A stretch of 64,000 bases of DNA from Candidatus Lindowbacteria bacterium RIFCSPLOWO2_12_FULL_62_27. Lineage in GTDB: Bacteria; Lindowbacteria; 2-12-FULL-62-27. The translations under genes and the position numbers were made by a program. The notes under the pieces were generated by a model, which searched no databases, was not told the origin of the DNA, and worked only from the letters and a program-made list of their open reading frames with translations. Below, piece by piece: positions 1 to 9,747 of the stretch; the first letter of the stretch is position 1; every line of letters starts with the position of its first letter. The stretch covers positions 29,024 to 93,023 of the forward strand of contig MFPR01000017.1 in assembly GCA_001784175.1 (NCBI GenBank), in the 5' to 3' direction.

Positions 1-26
1 TAGAAGAGGAATTTCAGAAACAAAAA

Positions 27-572
27 GTGGAGACGGTCATCATAGACCTTGCCCCTGTTGCCATTCTTCCCCCGGATGGCCGGGGGGCCCTTCAACCCGC
101 CGGACAAGGATATGCCTTGGCATGTTCTTTGGTGACATCAATGGATTCGTTATCCCTGCTTTGGCCCATAAGAATTGAGAGTGAACTGAATGTGAAACGG
201 TTTATGTACGAGGAGCCCCGATTTTATTTTTCATGCGTGGATGGTCCAGGACAGCTTCATCTGATTAAACAGGAACACACCGCTCCCATAAATGAACACC
301 CGCAAAGCCCGGAAGATCGGCCACAGGTCCAAACCGATGCGGTAGGAGTCCTTGGACAACTTTTTGCCAAAAAGTATAGTCAATCGAGGCGGATGATCTG
401 GTTCTACGATCAAGTCTGTGGGTTTGATCAAGAAACAAGCGCAAGGCTGAAGAGACTCAAGGCCGGGCAAGAATGGATACTCTTGATGAACACCGACGCA
501 AAAGTAGTATCCATGAATTTTCCTCACGATCGGGTGGTCAAAAACGCCGATGAGCTGATTTTAAATAAATGA
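27..572 (+). CDS. hypothetical protein; first gene of the + strand secretion-ATPase operon, possibly 5'-partial
   Basis: GTG-initiated ORF with no in-frame stop between window start and position 27; ends 17 bp before the GspE-like gene; no recognisable motif. Confidence 0.35.
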   Translation: METVIIDLAPVAILPPDGRGALQPAGQGYALACSLVTSMDSLSLLWPIRIESELNVKRFMYEEPRFYFSCVDGPGQLHLIKQEHTAPINEHPQSPEDRPQVQTDAVGVLGQLFAKKYSQSRRMIWFYDQVCGFDQETSARLKRLKAGQEWILLMNTDAKVVSMNFPHDRVVKNADELILNK

Positions 573-588
573 GGAGAAATTTAAAAAA

Positions 589-1779
589 ATGAATGATTCA
601 CTAATCAAACAAATATTATCTTGGACCGACCAACCCGAACCGGATGCCGTCAAAATCGTGGACGCTCTCCTCCAATCTGCCGTCGATGAAAAGGCCAGCG
701 ATCTTTATATTACGCCCAACAACGAACACCTGTCTGTCCGGTTGCGCATCGAAGGCCATTATCGGGAACTCTTGAATCTGCCCAACAGTGTCCGAGATCA
801 ATTGACCGCGCGCCTCAAGGTCTTGGCGCGTTGCCAATCGCACGAATTCCGCCGGCCGCAGGAAGGGCGGATTCAGAGCCTCAACGGTAAAACGCTCGAT
901 ATCCGGGCGTCCTTTCTGCCTGCACTCCACGGTGAGCGAATCGTCTTGCGCGTCTTGCGCGGCGAAATGGAATTGCGCCCCCTGGATGCCCTTGGCTGGA
1001 CGCCGGAACAGCTCAAGCTGTATATCTCCCTCCTTCATCCCATCGACGGCGCGATCCTCTTTACAGGCCCGGCCGGCAGCGGCAAGTCAACGACAATTTA
1101 CGCGACGCTCCGGCACCTCGAGGCCACGGAGGGCAAATATCTGAATTTCGCAACGCTTGAAGATCCCATTGAATACGATTTGCGAACGATTGCGCAGACC
1201 CAGATCGCTCCAGCCGTCGGCTTGGACTTCGCCGCCGGATTGCGTTCCATGCTCCGTCAGGACCCCAACGTCATCATGATCGGAGAAATCCGGGACACAG
1301 AAACCGCCGCCACTGCCATGCGAGCCGCCATGTCCGGCCACCTGATCCTGAGCACCGTCCATGCGCGCGATACGCTCGGCGTCTCTATTCGGCTCATCGA
1401 TATGGGCGTTGAACCCTTTATCGTCGCTTCGTCCATACGCGTCGTCGCCGCCCAGCGGCTTGTGGGATTGAATTGTCCGAAATGCAGTAAACAGGTGCCT
1501 CTAGATCCATATTTGGCCGAGTATTTTCGGTTGGACAAAAATCAGGCGGTGTTTCAGGGGCAGGGCTGTGAGGTGTGTGGACAGACAGGGATTATGGAAA
1601 GAAGAGCCTTGTTCGAACTCTTTATACCCGGAGATAATTTTCAGCAGGCTGTGACAGAACGGACACCGCTTTTCGAGCTTAGAAAACTCTTTCAGCCACG
1701 CCCTTCCCTGAAGGATTCGGCCGCAGTATTGATAAAGGAGGGTTTCTTATCGCCGCTTGAAGCCGGCAGGGTCTTATGA
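589..1779 (+). CDS. GspE/PilB-family secretion ATPase (short form lacking an N1 domain)
   Basis: Walker A GPAGSGKST, Asp box LEDPIEY, Walker B IMIGEIRD, His box LSTVHA, C-terminal tetracysteine CPKC...CEVCGQTG, N2-like region upstream of the ATPase core. Confidence 0.85.
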   Translation: MNDSLIKQILSWTDQPEPDAVKIVDALLQSAVDEKASDLYITPNNEHLSVRLRIEGHYRELLNLPNSVRDQLTARLKVLARCQSHEFRRPQEGRIQSLNGKTLDIRASFLPALHGERIVLRVLRGEMELRPLDALGWTPEQLKLYISLLHPIDGAILFTGPAGSGKSTTIYATLRHLEATEGKYLNFATLEDPIEYDLRTIAQTQIAPAVGLDFAAGLRSMLRQDPNVIMIGEIRDTETAATAMRAAMSGHLILSTVHARDTLGVSIRLIDMGVEPFIVASSIRVVAAQRLVGLNCPKCSKQVPLDPYLAEYFRLDKNQAVFQGQGCEVCGQTGIMERRALFELFIPGDNFQQAVTERTPLFELRKLFQPRPSLKDSAAVLIKEGFLSPLEAGRVL

Positions 1780-2867
1780 ACGCGACCATATGGGGACGGC
1801 TGTTTCGTGACCTGAAAAAATTGGCCGGGTGGATCTGGGGCCAAATCATCGGCTCGGCCCAGCAGTTTAATGATGCGGCCCAATTACTGCTGAAACTCGA
1901 GTTCGCTGTTTCCAGCGGCCTTCCTATTCATGAAGTTCTCGATCCGGAGAGCATGCCCCGGGAGCCCTTGAAACGACAGATGGAAAAACTCGTCAATGAC
2001 GTAAAAGACGGCAAATCCCTTTCATCCGCGCTCCGGGATCATTTCAGTGATGTTTGTAGCCCGCTCTTTTTGTTTGTGATTGAGACCGGAGAAGCGGCCG
2101 GCAACCTTGAAATTACGCTCTCCCGGCTTCGAAATTACTGCGAGAAAAAAATGAAGTACATGGGCCAGTTGGCAGCAGCCTTGACCTATCCCGTTGTCCT
2201 GTCAGCCATCATGTTTCTTGTTCTCTTCTTTCTCTTGACGAAAATCATCCCCACATTTGCAAGCATGTTCACAGCGATGGGGGTCGATCTGCACTGGCTG
2301 ACCGCCCTCATAATCAGAATGTCCGAAATCACTATAAGCTACTGGCCGATCTTGCTCCTGGGTGCTCTTGGTCTCGCATATGCGTTCGTCCTTATCGCCA
2401 AACACCACAATGTATACTGGATGCCGCTATTTGGGCCTATTCTCAAAGTTGCGGACGAAATGGAAATTTTGAACTCGCTTGTATTGGTTTCTTCTCTCCC
2501 GCAGGCTCGGTGGGATGATCTGCTTGGCAATGAAAGACCGCAGGGGTTCAAATACCGCCAACTACTGCATCTCCTCGACGCACATCAGCGGGGCGTCGCG
2601 CTTTCCCAGATCGCAAAGACTTCGGCGATATTTTCGCGGGTAACGGCATGGCACTTGCTCTCGGGCGAACGGCGCGGCTCGGTGGCGAACAGCATCCAGC
2701 GGTGTTTCGATTTCGCTGAAAGACGACTCGAATCTATGACCCTTCTGACGATCCATACTGTTGAACCGACACTTGTCGTCCTGATGGGATGCGTCGTCGG
2801 AATGATCGTCTGCGGAATGTTTTTCCCGATGCTTGAACTTGTCGATTTTGTGTTTCGTCAGTATTGA
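1776..2867 (+). CDS. GspF/PilC-like inner-membrane platform protein, paralog 1
   Basis: 4-bp overlap with ATPase gene; GEAAGNLE motif; hydrophobic segments; C-terminal VEPTLVVLMGCVVGMIVCGMFFPMLEL resembles the PilC/GspF C-terminus. Confidence 0.7.
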   Translation: MNATIWGRLFRDLKKLAGWIWGQIIGSAQQFNDAAQLLLKLEFAVSSGLPIHEVLDPESMPREPLKRQMEKLVNDVKDGKSLSSALRDHFSDVCSPLFLFVIETGEAAGNLEITLSRLRNYCEKKMKYMGQLAAALTYPVVLSAIMFLVLFFLLTKIIPTFASMFTAMGVDLHWLTALIIRMSEITISYWPILLLGALGLAYAFVLIAKHHNVYWMPLFGPILKVADEMEILNSLVLVSSLPQARWDDLLGNERPQGFKYRQLLHLLDAHQRGVALSQIAKTSAIFSRVTAWHLLSGERRGSVANSIQRCFDFAERRLESMTLLTIHTVEPTLVVLMGCVVGMIVCGMFFPMLELVDFVFRQY

Positions 2868-2884
2868 TTCGATGAGGCAATTCC

Positions 2885-3931
2885 ATGCCGCTGTTTAGAA
2901 ATTACGAGTTTGAGGCGGAGATATTCGATTCGCTCGCGGAAGCGATCGTGGCCGGCATACCTTTGTCGCAGGCTATGCAGGAGCTTTCTGAGGACTACAG
3001 AAAAAGCGCGTATGGGCGCGAACTGGCAGCATGGAGCTATAACATCGAATCGGGTAGAGATCTGGTCGACAGCATCAGAGACCACCCCATTTTGAATGAT
3101 CCACAGATCAAAGCATTTCTTTGGCTTGGTCAGAAAACGGGAGCGATGGCCTCGGCATTCAGGTCCGTCGCCCAACGCCTTCGCTACAGCGGTGATCTGG
3201 CAAAAAAACTCGCTTCTGACCTTACCTATCCGGCCATCGTCGTCGTCGGGTTGGGTTGCCTTTTTTTCTTTCTAAATAACATGGTGTTTCCGCATTTTCA
3301 GGCGGTTTACAACTCGTTTAACTCGCCGCTGCCGACGTGGATTCTTTTCATTCTGAAAATGAACGCCTTTATCCTTGATCGCTGGGTGGTCATCGTCGCA
3401 GTCGCAACCATTTTGGCCGCCTGGGCCTTTTTTATTAGAAAACATCGTATCGTCGAGCAACTCTTCGACTGGTTCGTCCTTTCTATGCCATTTACCGGCA
3501 GTCTAATCCGCATGCGTGAATTGTTCACTTTTTCGCACCTCATGGGAGAAATCCTCAAGCAGGATGGGACGGTACAGGACGGTACACACGTGATGGCGGA
3601 AACTGTCAAACCTGGGCCGTTTAGGAAAGTCTGGAAAACGGTGGACGAGAAGGTCAATCAGGGCCTGCGGCTGGACCATGTACTTGCGAATTATCACTGG
3701 CATTTCCCGCTGTTATTTGTTTACGTCCTCAATCTGGGTATCGATAACGACGACCTCGTTCAGACTTTCGAGGATCTAGCCGAACATTACAAAACCGAAT
3801 ATGAGATGACCACCGAACGGTTTACATCCATGTTTGCCGTGTTTCTGGTCTTAGCCGTTGGAAGCGGTCTAATGGGTTTGGCGCTGGCATTCTGGAAACT
3901 CCAGTTCGGGCTGGTCGACCTCTTAGGGTAA
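2885..3931 (+). CDS. GspF/PilC-like membrane protein, divergent paralog 2
   Basis: Same size and hydrophobicity layout as neighbours, GQKTGAMASAF motif in the GE..G..L position; weaker C-terminal conservation. Confidence 0.5.
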   Translation: MPLFRNYEFEAEIFDSLAEAIVAGIPLSQAMQELSEDYRKSAYGRELAAWSYNIESGRDLVDSIRDHPILNDPQIKAFLWLGQKTGAMASAFRSVAQRLRYSGDLAKKLASDLTYPAIVVVGLGCLFFFLNNMVFPHFQAVYNSFNSPLPTWILFILKMNAFILDRWVVIVAVATILAAWAFFIRKHRIVEQLFDWFVLSMPFTGSLIRMRELFTFSHLMGEILKQDGTVQDGTHVMAETVKPGPFRKVWKTVDEKVNQGLRLDHVLANYHWHFPLLFVYVLNLGIDNDDLVQTFEDLAEHYKTEYEMTTERFTSMFAVFLVLAVGSGLMGLALAFWKLQFGLVDLLG

Positions 3932-3938
3932 GCGGAGA

Positions 3939-4982
3939 ATGACATATTTCAATCTGCGGGAATTGACTTTTTTTGTCCATCACTTGGCGCTCTTTGCATC
4001 TCGGGGTGCCGTTCCGCCTGATAGCGGGGCTTACCTATTCGGCAAGCGTGCGAAGGGCCGGCATGCTGAAATATGGAATCAGGTTGCCGCAAAACTGTCG
4101 GCTGGACAGAAACTGTCCTTTGTGCTTCGGGAAATGAAAAATGTCTTTCCGGATTCAATGGTCCGGCTGGTGGAATCGGGTGAACGGGCAGGCCAGCTCA
4201 GAGAATCGCTCAAACAGTACGCCGGGTTCCTCAGATTTCAGACAAAGCTTCGCGAGCTTGTAAGTATCGCCCTCGGTTATCCCACGTTGCTGTTTATTTG
4301 CACAATGGTGGCAGTCGGTTTCCTGCTCTCGTACGTCACCCAAAGATTTATAGACATGTTCAAAGCTTTGGGGGTCACGTTGCCGCTGCCCACCCGCATC
4401 GTATTGGCGGTCAGTGAATTTATGAGCCGTCACGGCATGCAGTTGGTCGTGATTGGCTTTGCGCTGTTTTTGCTTTACCGCCTGCTGAGGAAAATTACGT
4501 CGATCAGAATTTGGCTGGATGCTCTCTCCCTGCATTGGCCTGTTTTTGGCAACCTGCAAGACAAAATGGCCATGCTCAACCTCGCAGAAACGACCGCGAT
4601 GGGCCTGAAATCCGGCATTGCCCTTCACGAATCCTTTGACCTGGCGGCGGTATCAACCACCAACATGTTCCTGGCCAATGGCTTCGTCCGAATTGCTGAC
4701 GACATCAGGTCAGGCTTATCCTTGCGTGAGATTCTCCACAATCGCCCCGGGATCTTGTCCAGGGAAATCTCGATGCTCCTGATCTCCGCTGAACGCCACG
4801 GTCAATTTGACAAGGCTTTAAACAGCTATATTGTTCAACAGCGGGATGTGACCTCCGACTACGTAAAGACGATGACCACCCTGATCGAACCCATCATGGT
4901 TCTCATTTTCGGCGGGGCCATTGGCATGATCGTTATGGCCCTGTTCTTCCCGATGTTCAATATGATCAATATAGTCAAATAA
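3939..4982 (+). CDS. GspF/PilC-like inner-membrane platform protein, paralog 3
   Basis: GERAGQL motif, PLPTRIV segment, C-terminal LIEPIMVLIFGGAIGMIVMALFFPMFNM typical of T2SS F-domain proteins. Confidence 0.75.
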   Translation: MTYFNLRELTFFVHHLALFASRGAVPPDSGAYLFGKRAKGRHAEIWNQVAAKLSAGQKLSFVLREMKNVFPDSMVRLVESGERAGQLRESLKQYAGFLRFQTKLRELVSIALGYPTLLFICTMVAVGFLLSYVTQRFIDMFKALGVTLPLPTRIVLAVSEFMSRHGMQLVVIGFALFLLYRLLRKITSIRIWLDALSLHWPVFGNLQDKMAMLNLAETTAMGLKSGIALHESFDLAAVSTTNMFLANGFVRIADDIRSGLSLREILHNRPGILSREISMLLISAERHGQFDKALNSYIVQQRDVTSDYVKTMTTLIEPIMVLIFGGAIGMIVMALFFPMFNMINIVK

Positions 4983-4993
4983 CCGATCCGGAT

Positions 4994-6274
4994 CTATTCC
5001 GCACTCTTCGCGTTTGACATGGCCTTCATCTCATCCAGGCGTACCTGAAAGACGTCGGCTTCTTTGATCCTGCCCCATTTCTTGTACAGATCCCTCATAT
5101 TCTCCAAGGCTCCGATCATGACTGAATGCCCTCGACCCAAGCAGGTTTCAATAATCGGAAGTGCTTTCAAATACATGCCCTCGGCCTCCTGATATCGACC
5201 CTGTATGTAATACACCTCAGCCAAATCCATCATTCTCCGGCCGGCTCCAAGGCTGTCTGACCCGCGGGCCGCGTTTTCAATTTCGATGATTCTTTTATAA
5301 ACACGCTCAGCCTCTTCATACCTGCGCTCATTGAAATAAAATTCGGCGAGCCTCAACAGGCTCGTATTAATGTGTGGGTGGTCCGCGCCAAAGGTTTTTT
5401 CGCTGATTTCAACGGCTCTCTTATAGTGGTTTTCTGCTCGACCCTTTTCGTCAGTCACCCTATATATTTTGGCAAGCTCGATAAGAAGCGGAATCAGCAG
5501 GGAAGCGTCCATGCCGTTTTTAGACTCTGTGATTACAACGGCTCTTTCATACGCTTCCCTAGCCTTGTCTTTGAATCCACCATGCAAGTACGCCTGCCCC
5601 AATCCCGATAGTGTCCATGCCAGGTCCGGGTGACTTGTCCCCAGTAGCTTTTCATTCATAGCTAACGCGCGATGAAGTACGTTGATCGCTTCATCATATC
5701 GATGTAGTTCTCGATACAGGTCCGCCAAATTCATCAGGCCTATGGCAATGTCTGCATGCTCTTTACCAAGCGTCCCTTCCCACATGGTCAGCGAGTCTTT
5801 GTAGTATTTCTCTGCCTCGTCATGTTTTCCCTCGGCACGAGCCAGATCTCCGAGGTGATTGATGCTGGCAGCCACGCGTGGATGCGTTGATCCATATTTC
5901 TCTTGTCTGAGACACAGCGCCGCGCCATGCGCTTTCCGCGCGGCGGCATAATGTCTTGAAGACATCGCGATTGCACCGAGAAGGTCGTGGGCGTCGGCAT
6001 AATCTGGATGGTGCCCGATAAAGGCTTTTAGTTTCTCCGTTGCCTCATCCGCAGAGTACTTATCTGCTCGATAGTCAACATATATCTCGGCCAACTGCTC
6101 CGCCATTTCTATTTCTACAATCAAATCAGGCACATCTAAATCTGACTTCTCTCCGGCATTGACAATCTGTTCCAACTCATCGAGCGTTCGAATCAATGAT
6201 CGGTATTGGTATTGTCGGTAGGATTCGCGCAATTTTCCGATGCGCACAGAAATTGGATGCTTGGAATTAACCAT
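4994..6274 (-). CDS. TPR-repeat protein (kinesin-light-chain-like TPR_10/12 repeats)
   Basis: Repeated 42-residue units with A..Y..AL pattern along the whole protein. Confidence 0.8.
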   Translation of the reverse strand: MVNSKHPISVRIGKLRESYRQYQYRSLIRTLDELEQIVNAGEKSDLDVPDLIVEIEMAEQLAEIYVDYRADKYSADEATEKLKAFIGHHPDYADAHDLLGAIAMSSRHYAAARKAHGAALCLRQEKYGSTHPRVAASINHLGDLARAEGKHDEAEKYYKDSLTMWEGTLGKEHADIAIGLMNLADLYRELHRYDEAINVLHRALAMNEKLLGTSHPDLAWTLSGLGQAYLHGGFKDKAREAYERAVVITESKNGMDASLLIPLLIELAKIYRVTDEKGRAENHYKRAVEISEKTFGADHPHINTSLLRLAEFYFNERRYEEAERVYKRIIEIENAARGSDSLGAGRRMMDLAEVYYIQGRYQEAEGMYLKALPIIETCLGRGHSVMIGALENMRDLYKKWGRIKEADVFQVRLDEMKAMSNAKSAE

Positions 6275-7589
6275 CTCGCCCAGCCAATATGCCTGTCGAC
6301 TTTTTGGCCACTATGAAGCGCTCATCGGGTGACCATTTCGGAACGCTCAGCCATCCGAAATTCTCATGATTTTGTAGGATTTTCTTCCTGGTTTTGTCGT
6401 TTGTATCCACAACCGTGGGGAACAGCCTACGCGCATCAGGGCCCGGAGATTCCATCAAAAGGATTCTATCGGATATCATTGACCACTGGGGGTCGTGTAT
6501 GAAATGTCCAGTATAGATGTGATCTTTTCGCTTCGTGTCAACGTTATAGGTATAGAGTTCGTTGGCATGGCCCTTCCCCCATTTGACATAGCAAATAATG
6601 GGATTTGTAGAATGCGCCATACTCAGGAATGAAATTCGGCCGTTGGGCGTTCCGCTTTCGCCATGAGGGCCGTTGATATCCTCATCGACATGATCCAATT
6701 GGCCAGAGTCCAAATCTACCAACGCCAGATCGCTTGCTATCTTGCCTTTGGCTTTATGTTTGAAAGCTATCCTGTTCCGACCTGTTATCCATGTAAATAT
6801 ATCCACGTCGTATTCCTTGAGTACGTCCTCAAATAGATGCGCTCTTCGTTGTAAATCGTAAATCTTAAGTTCCGATACAAAATGAAATTTACCATCTGTC
6901 ACATCGTCACCTATGACGGATGTCATAAGATCGTCGATTTCTTCTTTGGAAAGTACCTGTTCTTCCCGATCGCATGGGGGAACATTACTCGCTCGCGTTA
7001 TCCGATAGGCCAGGTATCGTCCGTTTTTAGAGACAATGTGATCGCCAATAAAGCTGTCAGGCTCGTCATTACTGATGAGTCGGTCGAAACCTTTCTTCTT
7101 CAAATTAAACAAACATATCTCCATGGGCCCACTCTTATTGGCTATCCTTCGCGGCCCTTCAATGACGGCCAACAATTCACTCTCGTTAGGGATCCAGATG
7201 GGATCCTGTATTGATCGCTCTTGCTCGACGTGGACTTGATAATTTCTATTTTGTGCCGGGTCAAAAATGCCCAACACACGTTGCTCATACTCCGGTCTCG
7301 ACGGGGTCACATGTGCAATAAGTCTGCCCGAAGGAGACCATCTGGCATTGTGAACCATTGGCGGGCCACACGCGAGAAGTTTTTCGGGCGCTTCCAAAAT
7401 AATAAAGCCGTGTTCCTTCGTCCCGTGAATAGTTTCAACAAGATATTTTCCACCTGACGGACACCAAGCGTGCCCTCTACAATCAGCAGCCGCAGGGACG
7501 GAGTGGACCGCCTCTTTCACGCAATCAATACATAAAAACTCCCAGAGCATCGGAATGGTCCGTTTCATCGGAGAACCCGACTCGATCAT
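6267..7589 (-). CDS. beta-propeller protein (PD40/TolB-like repeats)
   Basis: Recurrent WSPSGRLIA / SKNGRYLAY / WSPDERFIV blade-like motifs; overlaps downstream TPR gene by 8 bp. Confidence 0.5.
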   Translation of the reverse strand: MIESGSPMKRTIPMLWEFLCIDCVKEAVHSVPAAADCRGHAWCPSGGKYLVETIHGTKEHGFIILEAPEKLLACGPPMVHNARWSPSGRLIAHVTPSRPEYEQRVLGIFDPAQNRNYQVHVEQERSIQDPIWIPNESELLAVIEGPRRIANKSGPMEICLFNLKKKGFDRLISNDEPDSFIGDHIVSKNGRYLAYRITRASNVPPCDREEQVLSKEEIDDLMTSVIGDDVTDGKFHFVSELKIYDLQRRAHLFEDVLKEYDVDIFTWITGRNRIAFKHKAKGKIASDLALVDLDSGQLDHVDEDINGPHGESGTPNGRISFLSMAHSTNPIICYVKWGKGHANELYTYNVDTKRKDHIYTGHFIHDPQWSMISDRILLMESPGPDARRLFPTVVDTNDKTRKKILQNHENFGWLSVPKWSPDERFIVAKKSTGILAGRDG

Positions 7590-8308
7590 AGAACGATCTT
7601 CTCTCGGTGTTTAAAGTATTTCGGATGCCATTCATATTCACGCCTTATCCTCTTTCCCGCATAAACGTAGTAGACCTCGGTACCCTCCGGATTGAATTCG
7701 TAGTCGGCGGCTTCCTGTATTTCCACGATTTTTCTAAATTTCCATCTCACCAATTCCCCATATGAATTCAAATATGGCTGCTCGTAAATTTTGAATTCTT
7801 TTCTGAGGCGCCTCTTTGCGTCACTGCCGTCCCTCGCCATGACCAACATGTACCTGTCTTCGTGAGTCTGATTGCCGCTTCGGTGTCCCTCTATTTGGCA
7901 GATGAATCTGGCATGGACGCAGAATAAGATGCGCGCAGGTTTCTGGTACGGCCTTTTCTTAATGCCGGCAATCGCCTCTATCGATATTGAAGTTACTTCC
8001 CTCATTTTCAAAATGATGCCCAAATCTTTGGCGTATATGGCAGCCGAAATTCCACCGGGTGCCTTTGTGGAGCCGATTCGTTGATAATTTCGGTCCGGCC
8101 ACTTTGAAACCGCCCTTCTGTATTTTTCGCGCCGGATTTTTTCCATCAGCTTTACTCTTTCTTTCGGCGGATATGGAAGCAGTTTCTTGAAAGGATCCCT
8201 AAAATAGGCCTGGATCGACAATTGCCTTTTGCCCATGTGAAGAATGGCGGAGGCGGTCCGGCCAAATCTCTCCATACCGTCCAATTTCTCTATAAATTTT
8301 GGCGGCAT
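7586..8308 (-). CDS. hypothetical protein
   Basis: ORF co-oriented and overlapping the beta-propeller gene by 4 bp; ORF-track start at 8407 is TTG, internal ATG at 8308 or 8275 more likely; no known motif. Confidence 0.35.
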   Translation of the reverse strand: MPPKFIEKLDGMERFGRTASAILHMGKRQLSIQAYFRDPFKKLLPYPPKERVKLMEKIRREKYRRAVSKWPDRNYQRIGSTKAPGGISAAIYAKDLGIILKMREVTSISIEAIAGIKKRPYQKPARILFCVHARFICQIEGHRSGNQTHEDRYMLVMARDGSDAKRRLRKEFKIYEQPYLNSYGELVRWKFRKIVEIQEAADYEFNPEGTEVYYVYAGKRIRREYEWHPKYFKHREKIVL

Positions 8309-8486
8309 TAGAATAATACGCAGAGAAAAAATAAAAATAGTGTTACGGCAATGGTGGACCAGATCGACATGCCGCTCTGAATGAAAAAGAAAAAAATAAT
8401 ACTGCAAATGATGAGGCCGGCTACAATTTTTATCTTTAAGAGATTGTCGACGTAAAAATTCGACGGCTTATTTTTATTCTCGTCCA

Positions 8487-9734
8487 TTATTTCACATCAT
8501 TCGGCTCACGCCGTTTAGTATCAGAACTGGCTTCAGACACCGTATCCGAAATATCCATCTTTTGACGTTGAACACTCACTTTTTTGATCTGCGCCGGTAT
8601 TTGCTTGTCGTCTTTCACCAGATTAATCATCTCAAACATGGGAAAAAACATGGCCATTACGACGATCCCGATCGCTCCGCCAAGACATACGACCATCAGT
8701 GGTTCGATCAAGTGGGATACTGCCAAGACCGTCTCATCCACGATTCTTTCGTAGCTGCTCGATGATTCCATGAGTTTCTGTCCCAAGTCATCGTCTCGTT
8801 CGGCCTCTTTTACTGCCAGAACAATAATGTTGAGTGGGAAAACCGTGGCGTGCTTCATTGAATCCGAAAGGTTATTGCCTTGTTCCAGATGCGTTAATAC
8901 AAGGTCTAATTCTGCCGCAATGACAGAATTATCAATTACATCCTGTAAAGTTCTTACGGCAGCGATGACGTCGACTCCGGATTTCAGCAGAATGCCCAAG
9001 ATATTCAGACTGCGAGAAACCAAATTCTTTAAAAGAATGTCCCCTATGATAGGTAATTTTAGAATCATTCGATCCATAACAGGCCGAATCCTGCAGGGTC
9101 TGGTCATGAACACGTAAATCGCAAATGAATAGAGTGCGATGAAAATTAAGAAACCCCACCAGTACTCGACCAGAATCTTGCTCATTTCTAGGACAATCCT
9201 GGTTGGCAGGGGCAACTTTACACCCATGTCTTCAAACATCTTTCCAAAGGTCGGAATAATCTTGAAAAGTAAAAATGCGATGACAAGTATCGAAATTGCG
9301 GCCATGACAACCGGATACGTCATTATTCCCCTCAATGTTGCTGTTCTTAGATATTCCTTTCCGATCTTATGGGCCAGATGGCTCAGTGCCGTCCCGAGCA
9401 CCCCATTCATCTCACCGGCCTTCACCGTCTGGATATACATGGGGCTGAAGTATACCCGATGCTTCGATATAGCCTCGGACAAAGACGAACCGCGGTTCAC
9501 ATCGTGTTGTAATTTCTTCAGCAATCTTTTCATTCTTTGGGTTTGCATTCGCTGTTCCAGCAACGACAGCGCTCGCGGGAGGGAATCGCCAGACTTCAAA
9601 AACGTCCCGAGGTTACGGGTGAAATTTGCAATATCCTCGATAATTATTTGCGCCTTAAATAAATGTCGGCCGTTTAGTTCCATGCGGCTCCATCCTCTGT
9701 CATGGGCGCCAAGCCACTCGCCACGCGATGGCAT
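8487..9734 (-). CDS. GspF/PilC-like inner-membrane platform protein, paralog 4
   Basis: GEMNGVLGTAL motif, PLPTRIV, C-terminal LIEPLMVVCLGGAIGIVVMAMFFPMFEM; alternative start at 9683 (MELNGRHLF) has a GAGGA ribosome-binding site. Confidence 0.7.
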   Translation of the reverse strand: MPSRGEWLGAHDRGWSRMELNGRHLFKAQIIIEDIANFTRNLGTFLKSGDSLPRALSLLEQRMQTQRMKRLLKKLQHDVNRGSSLSEAISKHRVYFSPMYIQTVKAGEMNGVLGTALSHLAHKIGKEYLRTATLRGIMTYPVVMAAISILVIAFLLFKIIPTFGKMFEDMGVKLPLPTRIVLEMSKILVEYWWGFLIFIALYSFAIYVFMTRPCRIRPVMDRMILKLPIIGDILLKNLVSRSLNILGILLKSGVDVIAAVRTLQDVIDNSVIAAELDLVLTHLEQGNNLSDSMKHATVFPLNIIVLAVKEAERDDDLGQKLMESSSSYERIVDETVLAVSHLIEPLMVVCLGGAIGIVVMAMFFPMFEMINLVKDDKQIPAQIKKVSVQRQKMDISDTVSEASSDTKRREPNDVK

Positions 9735-9747
9735 GAATCCGGAAACC

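Noticed and set aside
7586-8407. Full-length ORF-track start (TTG at 8407) for the hypothetical gene upstream of the beta-propeller gene
   Set aside because: The first 33 codons are very hydrophobic/aromatic and run into an A-rich promoter-like stretch; an internal ATG (8308 or 8275) is a more plausible start.
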